DNA from: Octopus sinensis
Lineage: Eukaryota
DNA length: 64,000 nucleotides
Reading direction: 5' to 3'
NCBI RefSeq assembly: GCF_006345805.1
Contig: NC_043022.1
Coordinates: 16,740,001 to 16,804,000, forward strand
Shown here piece after piece: positions 37,056 to 49,662 of this stretch. Both the position numbers and the translations under genes were made by a program. How positions within the stretch are numbered: position 1 is the first letter of the stretch; every line of letters begins with the position of its first letter. Under the pieces are notes generated by a model. That model saw nothing but the letters and a program-made list of their open reading frames with translations, ran no database searches and was not told where the DNA came from.

Positions 37056-39275
37056 TATATCGTCATCGTCATCAACATTTAATGACTGCTTCCATGCTGG
37101 TATGGTTCGGATGGTTTGACTGGGAGCTGGTAAAACGGGAGGCTGCACCAGGCCCCAAATTTGATTGGCAAGATTTCTACAGCTGGATGACATTCCTAAT
37201 GCCAACCACTCCAAGAAAGATGGAGCAGTCACCACACACACAGAGATAATGTCTGGACTTCCCATCATGCCTCACCTTCATCTATGTTCCCTTATTTACA
37301 TCCAGACTTTGTCTAGGTTTGTTTGATGTTTCCAGATTGATAAACTTGTTTTCACTCTTTGATGGGGTTTATCAGCCTGCTAATAATAGATGTCAAATCT
37401 CTCTCCAATCAAACCATACCACCTTAAGTAAGGAAAGGACTCATTGCATAGTGTTGCCCCAAAATTTACCCCTAAATATGTACAGCACCCATAGCTGACA
37501 TACTCTTGGTTACAAATATGTCCAGTCAGGTGTGACCTGTGGTTAAACAACATCCAATTTCACTTTCTCCTTTCCTTAAAAACCAGATCCTCTTCTTCCT
37601 CTTCTCAGAACCCCATTCCTCTTTCCACTTTCCTCAAACTAATATCATCGTCAAATTAAATATAAAACCAAAACATTCTTCTAACCTGTTTTCCTTGACC
37701 CATCCTGACCCCTTGGAAGAATTTAGGGAGCTTTGCACTCTGTTCCACCCTCTGCGACTCACATACAAAACAAACAAAATGGAGATGCACTTTTAGCTCT
37801 TTTTGTCATTTTATAAGTCTCCCTCTTCCTCTCCCTCTCTCTCCCTCCCTCTGCCTTTCCCTCTATTCACTTCTCTCCTTCTCTCTCTCTCTCTCGTGTC
37901 CCCATTTGTATAAAAAGGCTGTTGACCAAATGTATTCTTTGCCAGTCACAAGTACTGAGAGCAATGTGTGAGACAGTGTACTCACTGTAATAACTCACCT
38001 GGAATGATCACAGAAATGATCAAAGTGAATCATTTCAAAGAAACGTTCTCTAAAAATAAGTTGATAAAGCAACTGGACGAAGAATTCCAATTTTATATTA
38101 TTTAAAATTATCGTTATTTTCAATAAAACTCGGCTATTAACGGCAAGACAGATGTGAACTGAATTGATATGGGGGTATTTGCGATACGTCCAGTATTTGA
38201 AATAGTGAGAAGGTGAGGTGGTGTGATGCTTTGCCACCAACCTGGGACCAGAATAAAGAGAAGGACTTGAAACAGCGTTAATTAGATTGCGATCTTTGAT
38301 AGTGCAGCTTCACGTCTAACATGACAAAAGGTAGCGGCAGATAACGAGAGGCTATTAAGCGAATCTCTTTTGCATAATATGCCTGGGAAAGCATATGTTA
38401 AACTGATAATGAGTGGAACGGTATTGTGTCCGCCTCAAAGACTCAGTCACACTGAATGATGGCAGTTTTTAACTGAATCAATTGAATGTTTCGATTCATG
38501 TTTGCTGTTGTACGAAATCTATTGATATTTGGTGCTGGTCTATCTCGTGGAATATTGCTGCCGGGTACGGAGGAAGAGCGTGAACGTTAAATGTCATTAA
38601 ATGTTCATTTTCTTAAAGCAAGGTGATGAGGAGGAGCATCATCATCATCATCATCGTCGTCGTCATCATTGTCATCGTTCTTTCATGGTGCTGTTGTTGT
38701 TGTTCTTCTTCTTCTTCTTCTTCTTTCCTTTGTATGTAAAATCAATTTGAAATACCAGGAAAGAGAACTTATGTGATTTCATGTGTTCAGTCTTGCCCTT
38801 ATTGACTGTTTGATGAGAGTCACAAATCACACACACACACAAGGTGTATGTGTGTGTGTGTGTGTGTGTGTATGTGTGTGTGTGTCTGTCTGTATAGAGA
38901 TGTAAGTATAAGTGTGTATAGATATGTATTTATGTATGTATCTCTTTATGTATGTGTGTGTGTGTGTGAATATATATATATACATATATATATACACACA
39001 CAAACACATGTCTATGTCTGTGTGTCTATATATAAATATATATACATATATATATTATATAAACACACACACATATATGTATATGTATGTATTCATAGAG
39101 GGAAGAGAGAGAGAGAGTTGTATAGTTTTCATGAAGCATTGTCTCAAATGTATGAAATGTTTTGGATTCTTTGTATCAAAAACCAAAACAATGCAAATTA
39201 TCAGTTTTGCTTCCTTTATTGTAAATCCTTAAATATTATTTACTGACTGACTGCAGAGAAAATCCTTTACAGGTT

Positions 39276-39339
<64 letters not shown>

Positions 39340-39715
39340 ATATATTTGAACTGATCTGCAAGACATCTATTTCTCTCCCCTCATCTGACACAAAACCCAC
39401 CTTCCTCAATGCAACTCCCTCCTTCAGTTGTGTGGGGTCTTCTCTTGTAAATTACTTGGTGACCTCACGGGTGATGGTGCCACATAAAAAGCACCCCGTC
39501 CATGCTGTAAAGTAGTTTACCCTTAGCAGGGTATCCAGCTACAAGAACCCTGCCAAAGCAGGCAGCCCAGCTTGGTGCTGCCTTCTGGCTTACCAGCTCC
39601 TGTCAAACTGCCCGACCCATGCCAGCATGGTAAATCGGACGTTAAATGATGATTATGATGAGGATATATTTATATATCTATATATTTATGTTTGTTTTTA
39701 TGTTCAGTTATAATT

Positions 39716-40006
39716 AAAGCAATTGCAGGGTGGAAGGTGTTTGTAAGCCATTTAAGAAACACGCAAAAGCCGTTCGATTCACTTCAATATTTAAGTTTAA
39801 TTTGTCAAAATATTTTTGTCGCTTTGAGACCACAACCTGTTCACTGACAATCCTGGCTGCAGCATGGATTTTTGTCAATGAACAGGTCGCGGTCTTATAG
39901 CGACGAAAATATTTTGACAAATTAAACTTAAATGTTGAAGTGAATCGAACAGCTTTTGTGTGTTTCTTAAATGGCTTACAAACACCTTCCACGCTGCAAT
40001 TGTTTT
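39716..40006. repeat. Fold-back element, about 140-bp inverted arms with tiny loop
   Basis: aaagcaattgcag..ggaaggtgtttgtaagccatttaagaaac.. mirrors ..gtttcttaaatggcttacaaacaccttcc..ctgcaattgtttt, centred on aatcc-tggctgcagcat-ggatt. Confidence 0.92.
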
Positions 40007-40190
40007 CGTTTCAGCACACAATCTCAGATCAAATCACTCGCTATGCGAGTACATCTCCCTAATATAATTAAAGCAGTTTTACGTTAACCTGAAGGGTCAC
40101 CCTGTACTTTTGTAGAGTACAAATTTATTATTCTTAAACGAGGATATTATCGATAGTGACTTTGAAGTTTCAACCAGCTAAGCCATCATC

Positions 40191-40278
<88 letters not shown>

Positions 40279-41978
40279 ATGTATACATACATACACACAT
40301 GATACATGTATTGTGCACATATATGCATGTGTAAACACACGCTTATATATATATACATAGTGCGTTAATTATTTCCGGTCTGTCTTCTCCATTGTCAACA
40401 TATTTTCCAATCCGAACCGTAGAGACTCCTCTTGTCACATCACTGTTCTCCGGCCACTTATTATTACATTGAAGATCTCATCCACGTTGAACAAAGCAGC
40501 TGATGTCGTTTATGAGTTGCTACTAGAAACAAGTGTTAGAATCTCTGTTTGGAACACAAAGGAAATTATCCAAGCTGCTCTTCTATTATTGCCATCATCG
40601 TCAGTTCTTCCACCGTACCGTTTCCATTTCCATCTCCAAACAGCCGGGAGAATGTAGTTATTGGTTGGTGGGCGTGAATCCATCTTAAATGTCTTCCACT
40701 TCAAAAACAACCAACGTCCACGTCGGCTGCTGGCATTTATTACTCGGCAGATACAATAAATATAAGTAATCCTGGCAGCCATAAATAGTGTTCAGAGCTC
40801 GAGGTAAATGGATGGAGCTGAGCGAAAGAAACTGTTGCATCAAATGGGTGCATTCAAACAGCAATGCTGGATTATTGTTTTCCTAATTTGGTGATGAAAG
40901 TTTCCCTCCCTCCCTCTCTCTCCCTCTCTCTCTCTTCCTCTCTCTCCCTCTCTCTCTCTTCCTCTCCCACTCCTTCCTCCCCTCTCTCTCTCTTTGTCTG
41001 CTCTTTCTTACCCTCCACTTCTATCTCTCCATCTCTCATCTACAAGTTGATTCTTCTTTTATTTAAAAATTACAAAGACTTTTTTTTTTCTCAACTGCGA
41101 GTAATTTAGTCCTTTGTAGGTTAATAATTTACACTAACCTAGTTACCTTCTTGGATTTGTCAATGTCCACAAGCTTTTTATCTGCCAAGTCAGACATGTT
41201 GTTGTCTCCTCCTCCTCTTCCTCCTCTCTCTCTTTCTCTCTCTGCCTTTTCATCCCCAAAATAATGACCTCTGCTCCTAAAAATCTGATTGATCTCATTT
41301 CATCTCTGCTCAGACAATTCTGACCCACTTATCGCTCTGACCTCCCCCACCCTCCTCCATGTTGTGTCTGCCCCCTCCCCCAATGTTTTCCCAGCCCTTC
41401 TACCAGTTCCCCACCGAATATCCCATTTCAATAAGGATTTAGATATAAAATATTCTCCCACACTCTGAGAGGCTTCACTTCAGCATTTATTTTCTCAAAT
41501 TCTGTTCATTATTGCTATTGATGTTGTTGTTGAGCCCCAGCTCAAACTTGATCCAGCCACCTTTTGATCAACTGCATTTCAGCCATGGCTATCCTGTCTT
41601 TTTTTTTAATACACTCCTCGAGTATGGTGGCCAACTGGCAGAATTGTTAGCATGCCAGCAAAACACCCAGCAGCATTTCATCCACCTTTACATTCTGAGT
41701 TCAAATTCCTCCACGGTCAACTTTGCCCTTCATCCTTTTAGGGTCAATAAAATAAGTACCAGTCATGTACTGGGGTTGATGCAATCAACTTAGCCTTTCC
41801 ATGAAATGGCTGGCTTTATGCCAAAATTGAAAACCAATATATGCCTAGTGTATCTAGAAATATACTATCTAATGTATCCGGGCCCACTTTTAAGATGTCA
41901 GGGTTTAATTAGAGAAATTTGGCTGCTTATTCTAACAGATCAAGCAACATTAATAACAAACATATGGTTTGTTATTAA

Positions 41979-42173
41979 CCCTTTAGCATTTGAACAGGCC
42001 ATATCCAGCCGAAATATTCTCCTTGCTTTATGTTCAAACTGGCCAGATGTGACATCTCATACCTACCAGACAATGTCATTTTGAACATAAACAATCACAT
42101 CGTCGAAAGATAATGCAGGATTAATTGAAAACAATATGAATAAATAAAGCAGAGTAACCTGAGTGCTAAAGGG
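41979..42173 (-). mobile_element. piggyBac-type MITE
   Basis: TTAA|CCCTTTAGCA...TGCTAAAGGG|TTAA. Confidence 0.8.
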
Positions 42174-43329
42174 TTAAGGCTGTTTTGGTGGTGGGGTGGG
42201 AATGGGGTGGCAAAATTACTGGATCATTATGCAAGAGAGGGGTGAAAGTAGCTTGCAGTATTTCTTGTAGTACTTTACATCCTGAGTTCAAATCCTGCTG
42301 AGGTCAACTTCACCTTTCATTTTTGCACAGTCAATTAATAAAGTACTGGTCAAGTACCATAGGAGTCAATGGTATGGACTAATCCCCTTTCACCAAACTT
42401 AATTCCAGGCGCCTTTTACCTGTTTTACCTGTTTCAGTCATTAGACTGTGGCCAAGCTGGGGCACTGCCTTCAAGAATATTTAGTCAAATGAATCAACCC
42501 CAACATTTATTTGTTTTCTAAGCTTAATAATTATTCTATCAATCTCTTTTGCCAAATTGCTAAGTTACAGGAATGTAAAGAAACTAACACCAGTTGTCAA
42601 GTGGTGGGTGGGGGCAAGCACAGTCACAAAGGACTTACACACACATGATGGGCTTCTTGCAGTTTCCATCTATCCAATCGAATAAGTACCAAGCTTTAAA
42701 AAAAGGTTCTGGTGTAGTTTCGATTGGCTAAAATTTCTTTAAGGCACTGCCCCAGCATGGCCACAGTCTGATGACAGAAACGGGTAAAAGATCAAAGATG
42801 GCCAGCCAAGACATTCTCCCGTTAAAGCTAAGTCAGCAACTGAGATAAATCGGTGAACGAAATGAGTGCAGAATAAATTAAAGAAATTTTGAAATGAGTC
42901 TAAGAGGAGTTTAAAGACGGCTGATGCATGATGGAGGAAGATGCAAATAATAGGATGGATGGATTTACTGAGAGAAGAGATAAGATATAGAAAAAAGAAA
43001 TGACAAGAAAAAATATGAAATGACATGTCAGAGAAGACAACGTTTTTTTTTAGTATTTGATCTGCAGCTAGAATATTTAGTCCTTGGAATAGACTAGCAG
43101 ATGGTTCTTAGTGTTGTGCTTTTGACTTCTTTAGGAATTATTTATACAATGACGGCGGAGGCGGGGTGGGGAGGGTACAAACTAGCAAGCATCGGTTGAT
43201 GATCCATCTTTACGTAGAGAAGAGTAAATAAAGCCGTTTCTATTAATATTTTTGTCTTGCTTACTTTATCTTCAACTACATGAATATTGACGATCAGAAG
43301 CAAAAAAAAAAAAAAAAAAAACAAATGTG

Positions 43330-43361
<32 letters not shown>

Positions 43362-43415
43362 ATATATATGTGTGTGTGTATATATATATATGTATGTATA
43401 TATATATATATATAG

Positions 43416-43481
<66 letters not shown>

Positions 43482-44288
43482 ATATATATATATGTATATA
43501 TATATAAGCTATATCATATATTAGAAGCTATGTCATAAGATAGACATTATGGGAAGATTATAAACTGCTCTCTTCCTGTTGGCAACAAAGGGTTTCACTA
43601 TTGATACAAACCATAGATTGTGTGTGTGTGCGTGTGTGTGTGTGCGTGTGTGAAATAGGAAGATTGGTCCTGTGTAATAATGGATGGAAAGGATGGGTGG
43701 TCAGAGTTGGGCGCAATGCGTTGGTTGAGCAATATCAATTTATAATATGTGTGTGGTATACTGGTGGGGCAATATCAATTTGTCTTCTGCGCTTGCATCA
43801 TTGTGCTGTGGCTAAGCATTATGCTTCCTGAACACATGGTTTCAGGTTCAGTCCCATTGTATGGCACCTTACGAAGGGACTTCTGCTATAGTTCTAGTTC
43901 CAGTTCAACCAAAGCCTTGCAAGTGAATTTGGTAGATGGAAACTGAAAGAAGCTCATTGTGCCCTTCTTAATGCTGACCACTCCAAGAGTGTAATGGGTG
44001 ATTTTTACATGCCACCAGCATGGGTACCATTCACATGACACTGGCAATGGCCACGACTCTGATTTCACTTGGCTTGGTGAGTCTTCTGAAGCACAGCATG
44101 TTGCCAAAGGTCTGAGTCACCTGTCACCTCCATGAGGCCCAACATTCGAAGACCATGCTACTGGCAACAGCCACCGTTATGATTTCACGGGTGCTATATA
44201 TATATATATATATATATTAAACATTATAGCATTTTAGAAAGCTATTCTAAATTTTAAAAATGTAACAATAAATAGTGAAAATATACAT

Positions 44289-44685
44289 AGTGGCTGTGTG
44301 GTAAGTTTCTTGCTTACCAACCACATGGTTCCGGGTTCAGTCCCACTGCGTGGCACCTTGGGCAAGTGTCTTCTACTATAGCCTCGGGCTGACCAAAGCC
44401 TTGTGAGTGGATTTGGTAGACGGAAACTGAAAGAAGCCCGTCGTATATATGTATATATATATGTGTGTGCGTGTGTGTTTGTGTGTCTGTGTTTGACCCC
44501 CAACATCACTTGACAACCGATGCTGGTGTGTTTACGTCCCCGTAACTTAGCGGTTCGGCAAAGGAGACCGATAGAATAAGTACTGGGCTTACAAAGAATA
44601 AATCCCGGGGTCGAGTTCCTCGACTAAAGGCGGTGCTCCAGCATGGCCGCAGTCAAATGACTGAAACAAGTAAAAGGGTAAAGAG
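44289..44685 (+). mobile_element. Well-preserved SINE family B
   Basis: Near-identical to copies at 46241 and 52632, with CpGs retained. Confidence 0.85.
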
Positions 44686-45779
44686 TATATCTTTTTCCCA
44701 TCTTTGTAAAACCCAAATTCAATTGACTATAGGTGTGGATGTGTGGCAAGAAGTTTTCTTCCCAACCACATGGTTCTGGGTTCAATCCCACTGCACTGCA
44801 AGTGACCTCTCTTATAGCCTCTGGTCAACCATGTGGCTGGAATGCAAACTTCTCACCACCCAACCACAACATTCTCTTCATTAGTGATCTTGTCTTAAGT
44901 TTTCTATTCTGCTACAAGAATAGTTTTGATATCAGCCGGCATAGAATTTGCTGCCGAGACTGGATATAATATTGGTTAGTTTCCATACACCAGATTAGAT
45001 TACATAAGATACAAACAATAAAATATATATGTACATAAATAAATAAATAAATAAAAAAATCAATAAATATTGATTGTTAGTGGAAAGTCTGTGCAAGTCC
45101 TGAGAATTTCAGAATTTCTCACAGAAAGTCATGTCTCTTTCTTTCTTATTTCAAGTGTCGTTGATGTCTGGCATGCTTCTTGTTGAAGAGAGGGGGAGGG
45201 AGTTTTCTAATGTATTTTTTATATGTGATTACACTAGCAGTTGCCTTCTGTTGGTGACAGACTCGTTTATATTTAGTAATTATTTATTAATTATTGGGAA
45301 GCAGGGAAAAGGTGGCAATAATATTGTCCCCTTCTCTCACACATTGTTGCTTTCTCTCTTTCTTCTTCTTCCGGTATGGATGAGGCAGATAAAGAAATGT
45401 TCTTATTGTTAATATTCTATTCTATTATAATACTGAGCTGGAAGAATGGTTTGCATGCCTGACGAGATGTTTAATGCCATTTCGTCCGTCTTTACATTCT
45501 GAGTTCAAATTCCACCAAGAATTACATGCTGGGGTTGATGTAATCAACTAGTCCCCTCTCACCAAATTTCAGGACTTATGCCTTTACTAGAAAGGATTCA
45601 TCATCATCATCGTTTAACGTCCCTTTTCCGCGCTAGCACGGGTTGGATGGTTCGACCGGGGTCTGGGAAGCCAGGGGCTGTGCCAGGTTCCAGTCAGATC
45701 TGGCATTGTTTCTACAGCTGGATGCCCTTCCTAATGCCAACCACTCCGCGAGTATAGTCATTATCATTATTATTATTAT

Positions 45780-46170
45780 TATGGAGCGAGAGAGCAGCAC
45801 ACACCATCAAAATGATGCTGGGGTACAAATCTACAAAGTCCAATATACCCATCATGACTACCCATCTGATAAGGGCACACACCAGGCACATGTGTCACAA
45901 CCATATGTGTGCGACATGGTGATCTCATATCAAGATAAACAGCACATGACCTTGCAAGTGGGGCCCAGTTAGAATTTTCTTCAGGTCGAGTAGCCCATCC
46001 CACTCAAAAAGTTCTTGAGTAAAGGTCATTTAAGGATGATTAACAAAACCCCAATGTTTCCAGAAGTGAATTTCTCAAACCCCAAAGAATCCCTCTCAAC
46101 ACATGGCTATGATGCTCCCCCACTACCCCCTGCTCATGATCAAAGCTTCTTATATTGTCAGCTTCTAAGG
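45780..46170 (-). mobile_element. Probable 3' region of a non-LTR retroelement adjoining (TAA)n
   Basis: High-complexity block fused to an (ATT)n run in the same geometry as the element at 33991. Family not identified from sequence alone. Confidence 0.35.
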
Positions 46171-46240
46171 AACAGGCCATTGAGCAAAATATTTGCTGTT
46201 ATTTCTATTATTATTATTAGTAGTAGTAGTAGTAGTAGTA

Positions 46241-46660
46241 GGCACAGGAGTGGCTGTGTGGTAAGTAGCTTGCTAACCAACCACATGGTTCCGGGTTCAG
46301 TCCCACTGCGTGGAATCTTGGGCAAGTGTCTTCTGCTACAGCCTCGGGCCGACCAATGCATTGTGAGTGGATTTGGTAGACGGAAACTGAAAGAAGCCTG
46401 TCGTATATATGTATATATATATATATGTATGTGTGTGTATATGTTTGTGTGTCTGTGTTTGTCCCCCTAGCATTGCTTGACAACCGATGCTGGTGTGTTT
46501 AGGTCCCTGTCACTTAGCGGTTCAGCAAAAGAGACCGATAGAATAAGTACTGGGCTTACAAAGAATAAGTCCCGGGGTCAATTTGCTCGACTAAAGGTGG
46601 TGCTCCAGCATGGCCGCAGTCAAATGACTGAAACAAGTAAAAGAGAAAGAGTAAAAAGAG
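46241..46660 (+). mobile_element. Full-length SINE family B inserted in a (TAG)n run
   Basis: ggcacaggagtggctgtgtggtaag..gtaaaaagag, flanked by about 7 TAG/AGT units on each side (TSD-like). Confidence 0.85.
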
Positions 46661-47273
46661 AGTAGTAGTAGTAGTAGTAGTATTGGAAAATTATTTTGAA
46701 GAAAACATTCACTTAGTTTTCTTTTTTGTTTTTGTTTTACTTCAGATTTTATTTTGTTTTTGCTCTTATTTCTCATGTATTTTTGCATGAATTACAAACA
46801 CCCTGACCCCTGACCCCCGTCTCCAAAAATAAAAAAAAAAAATCATGACAGACACTATGAAAGCAAAGAAACCTGTGCCATTTGCTCACCATTTCTCACA
46901 CACACACACACACACACACCACCTTTCTACTATTCTCTCCTTTCACTGTTTTGCCTGTCCTTCTTCCTCTTCTGCCTCCTCTTCACCAATGTCTCCCCCC
47001 AAAACTAATTCAATTCAGTCTTGAAATTTGTCAGCAGTTGTCTGAGAAGTTTGCAAATAGATTTCAGTAATATTTTTGTTTGGTTGGGGTTTTTTTTCCT
47101 TCTTTTACTGCTGTTATTGTTGTTTCTGGCATGTTGTGGTTGTTGTTGTTGGTGGTGGTGGTGGTGGTTCTTCTTCTAATGGTGGTATTTTTGTGTCTTT
47201 GAACATCTTTTAATTCTTCAGTAAAATGAAAACATATGCAGGCATATATATATATATACTACACATATATGTG

Positions 47274-47322
<49 letters not shown>

Positions 47323-47378
47323 TACACATATATGTGTATGTATATATATATATATACATATATATACACATATATGTA

Positions 47379-47471
<93 letters not shown>

Positions 47472-47857
47472 TGTGCATGTATAAGTATGTATATATTGTC
47501 TGTGTGTGTGTGTGTGTTTTATACTGTGTGATTTGAAATACAGTAAAATGTAAACAGAATCATCAGTGCTGTGACCACCACCACCACCACCACCACTCCA
47601 TCTGCCAGCCTAATCACCACCGCCACCACCGCCACCACCACCACCACCACCACCGCCGTCTTGCCGATAGAAAAATAAGACAAAAAGGTGTCTTTTACAA
47701 AAACAATTTTTTTCTCAAACCTTGCAGGATTTTGCTAAAATCAAAAATTCTGTTTTGATTTGGTTTTTGTTGTTTTTTTTTTGTTTTCTTAGTGGTGGGA
47801 GGTGTCTGGAAGAGGAGGAGGAGGAGAACTGTTATGGAATTAATTTCTCAGGAGTCT

Positions 47858-47859
<2 letters not shown>

Positions 47860-47888
<29 letters not shown>

Positions 47889-48088
47889 TCATTTCCTTAT
47901 TCTTGACAATATTTCTCTCTGCTTTCTTTCTCCTTCATTCTTTTCATTTTCAATCTTTCTTTCTTCTTTTCTTCCTTCATTTCTTCTTTTTTGTTCTTTG
48001 TTTCACTCCACTCTCTCTCTCTCTCTCTCACCTTCTCTCTCTTCCATCTCTCATTCCATCCTCTCCTTCCTCCTATCCCTCCCTCCCT

Positions 48089-48125
<37 letters not shown>

Positions 48126-48597
48126 ACCTTCTCTCTCTTCCATCTCTCATTCCATCCTCTCCTTCCTCCTATCCCTTTCCTATCCCTCCCTCCCTTCTTC
48201 CCTATCTCTCTTCTCTCTCTTTCTCTCTCACCTTCTCTCTCTTCCATCCTCTCCTTCCTCCTATCCCTCCCTCCCTTCCTCCCTCTCCCTCTCTCTCTCT
48301 CTCTTTCTCTCTCACCTTCTCTCTCTTCCATCTCTCATTCCATCCTCTCCTTCCTCCTATCCCTTCCTCCTATCCCTCCCTCCCTCTTCCCTCTCTCTCT
48401 CTCTCTCTTTCTCTCTCACCTCTCTCTTCCATCCTCTCCTTCCTCCTATCCCTCCCTCCCTTCCTCCCTCTCCCTCTCTCTCTCTCTCTTCCATCTCTCA
48501 TTCCATCCTCTCCTTCCTCCTATCCCTCCCTCCCTTCCTCCCTCTCCCTCTCTCTCTCTCTCTCTACTTCTCTCACCCTTTCCCCCTCCCCCCTCCC
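47860..48597. repeat. Polypyrimidine (CT-rich) tract with repeated sub-blocks
   Basis: Recurrent tccatctctcattccatcctctccttcctcctatccctccctccc blocks. Explains several long S/L/P ORFs. Confidence 0.92.
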
Positions 48598-48659
48598 TAA
48601 TAGCTACACTATACACAGACCCAGTGTTGTATATGTTTGTTATGATTTTCGTTTGCTGG

Positions 48660-48960
48660 ATGCTGAAGAAGGGGCCATGCCCCTAGCCCTTCTTCACTGA
48701 GGTTGACGTTATTAATGTTCTTGTTGAACATTTGTAAATCAATGCCTGCAGAAAAGACCCGAACCAGAAGAGAGTTCCGGAGGGATGACACCTTAGGGAG
48801 GAAGGACTGGGTGGAGCTGGTGGGGGAGAATGCACTGATGGTGGAGATGGGGTAGAGATGAGGGAGATGAGAGTGGCTGAGCAGAGACAGCCTAAGTCCA
48901 GTCGAATCCACGGAGCGGAGGCCATTGCAGTAGCAGTAGAAAAGGCCCAGAGAGGACACA
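48660..48960 (-). mobile_element. Degenerate CR1/L2-group LINE 3' end
   Basis: SLGLFYCYCNG..HLYPIS..QSFLPKVSSLRNSL..DLQMFNKNIN resembles SLSLFYRY..SFFPRTxxLWNSLP..FK of this group (recalled). A 10-bp stem at 48664-48696 lies in the 3' UTR. Confidence 0.6.
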
Positions 48961-49626
48961 GCTGACTTGCAGGTCAGAGGGTGGGGTTATATGTAGTGTG
49001 GTAGGTTCTTTTAGGTTTGGGGTTTTGAGAGAATTAAGGTAATTTTTCCAAGTAAAGTAGAAGTGTTTTATCATCATTAAATATTGCCAGATTAGTGAAG
49101 CAACAGCAGCAGGGTTTCTCTTCAGTTCATACAGGGGCCTGACCAGGGCTGCTATCGCATTGTGCCTGTCGCTGTCAAGACCACAGATGCTTTCAGACCC
49201 CACACTGCTGATTCTTTCCACAAAATCAGGATAACTGCACAAACAAAAACATGTATACACACATACATACACTATATCATCATCATCTGCAGCAGCAGCA
49301 TCGTTTAACGTCTGCTTTCCATGCTGGCATGGGTTGGACGGTTTGACTGAGGTCTGGAGAGCCAGAAGGCTGCAACAGGCCCCAATCTTGATCTGGCAGA
49401 GTTTCTACAGCTGGATGCCCTTCCTAATACCAACCACTCCAAGAGTGTAGTGGATGCTTTTTACGTGCCACCAGCATGGGAGCCAGTCAGGGAGTACTGG
49501 CATCGGCCACATTCGGATGATGCTTTTTATGTGCCACCAGCATAGGAGGCCCAAAATAGGTTTACAGTTATCACATAGGCACTTTAAATTTCTTTAAAAA
49601 AAAAATAAAATTATATATATATACAC

Positions 49627-49662
<36 letters not shown>

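Noticed and set aside
47722-48700. 231-302-aa S/L/P-rich ORFs
   Set aside because: Translations of the CT-rich tract, which lacks stop codons by composition.
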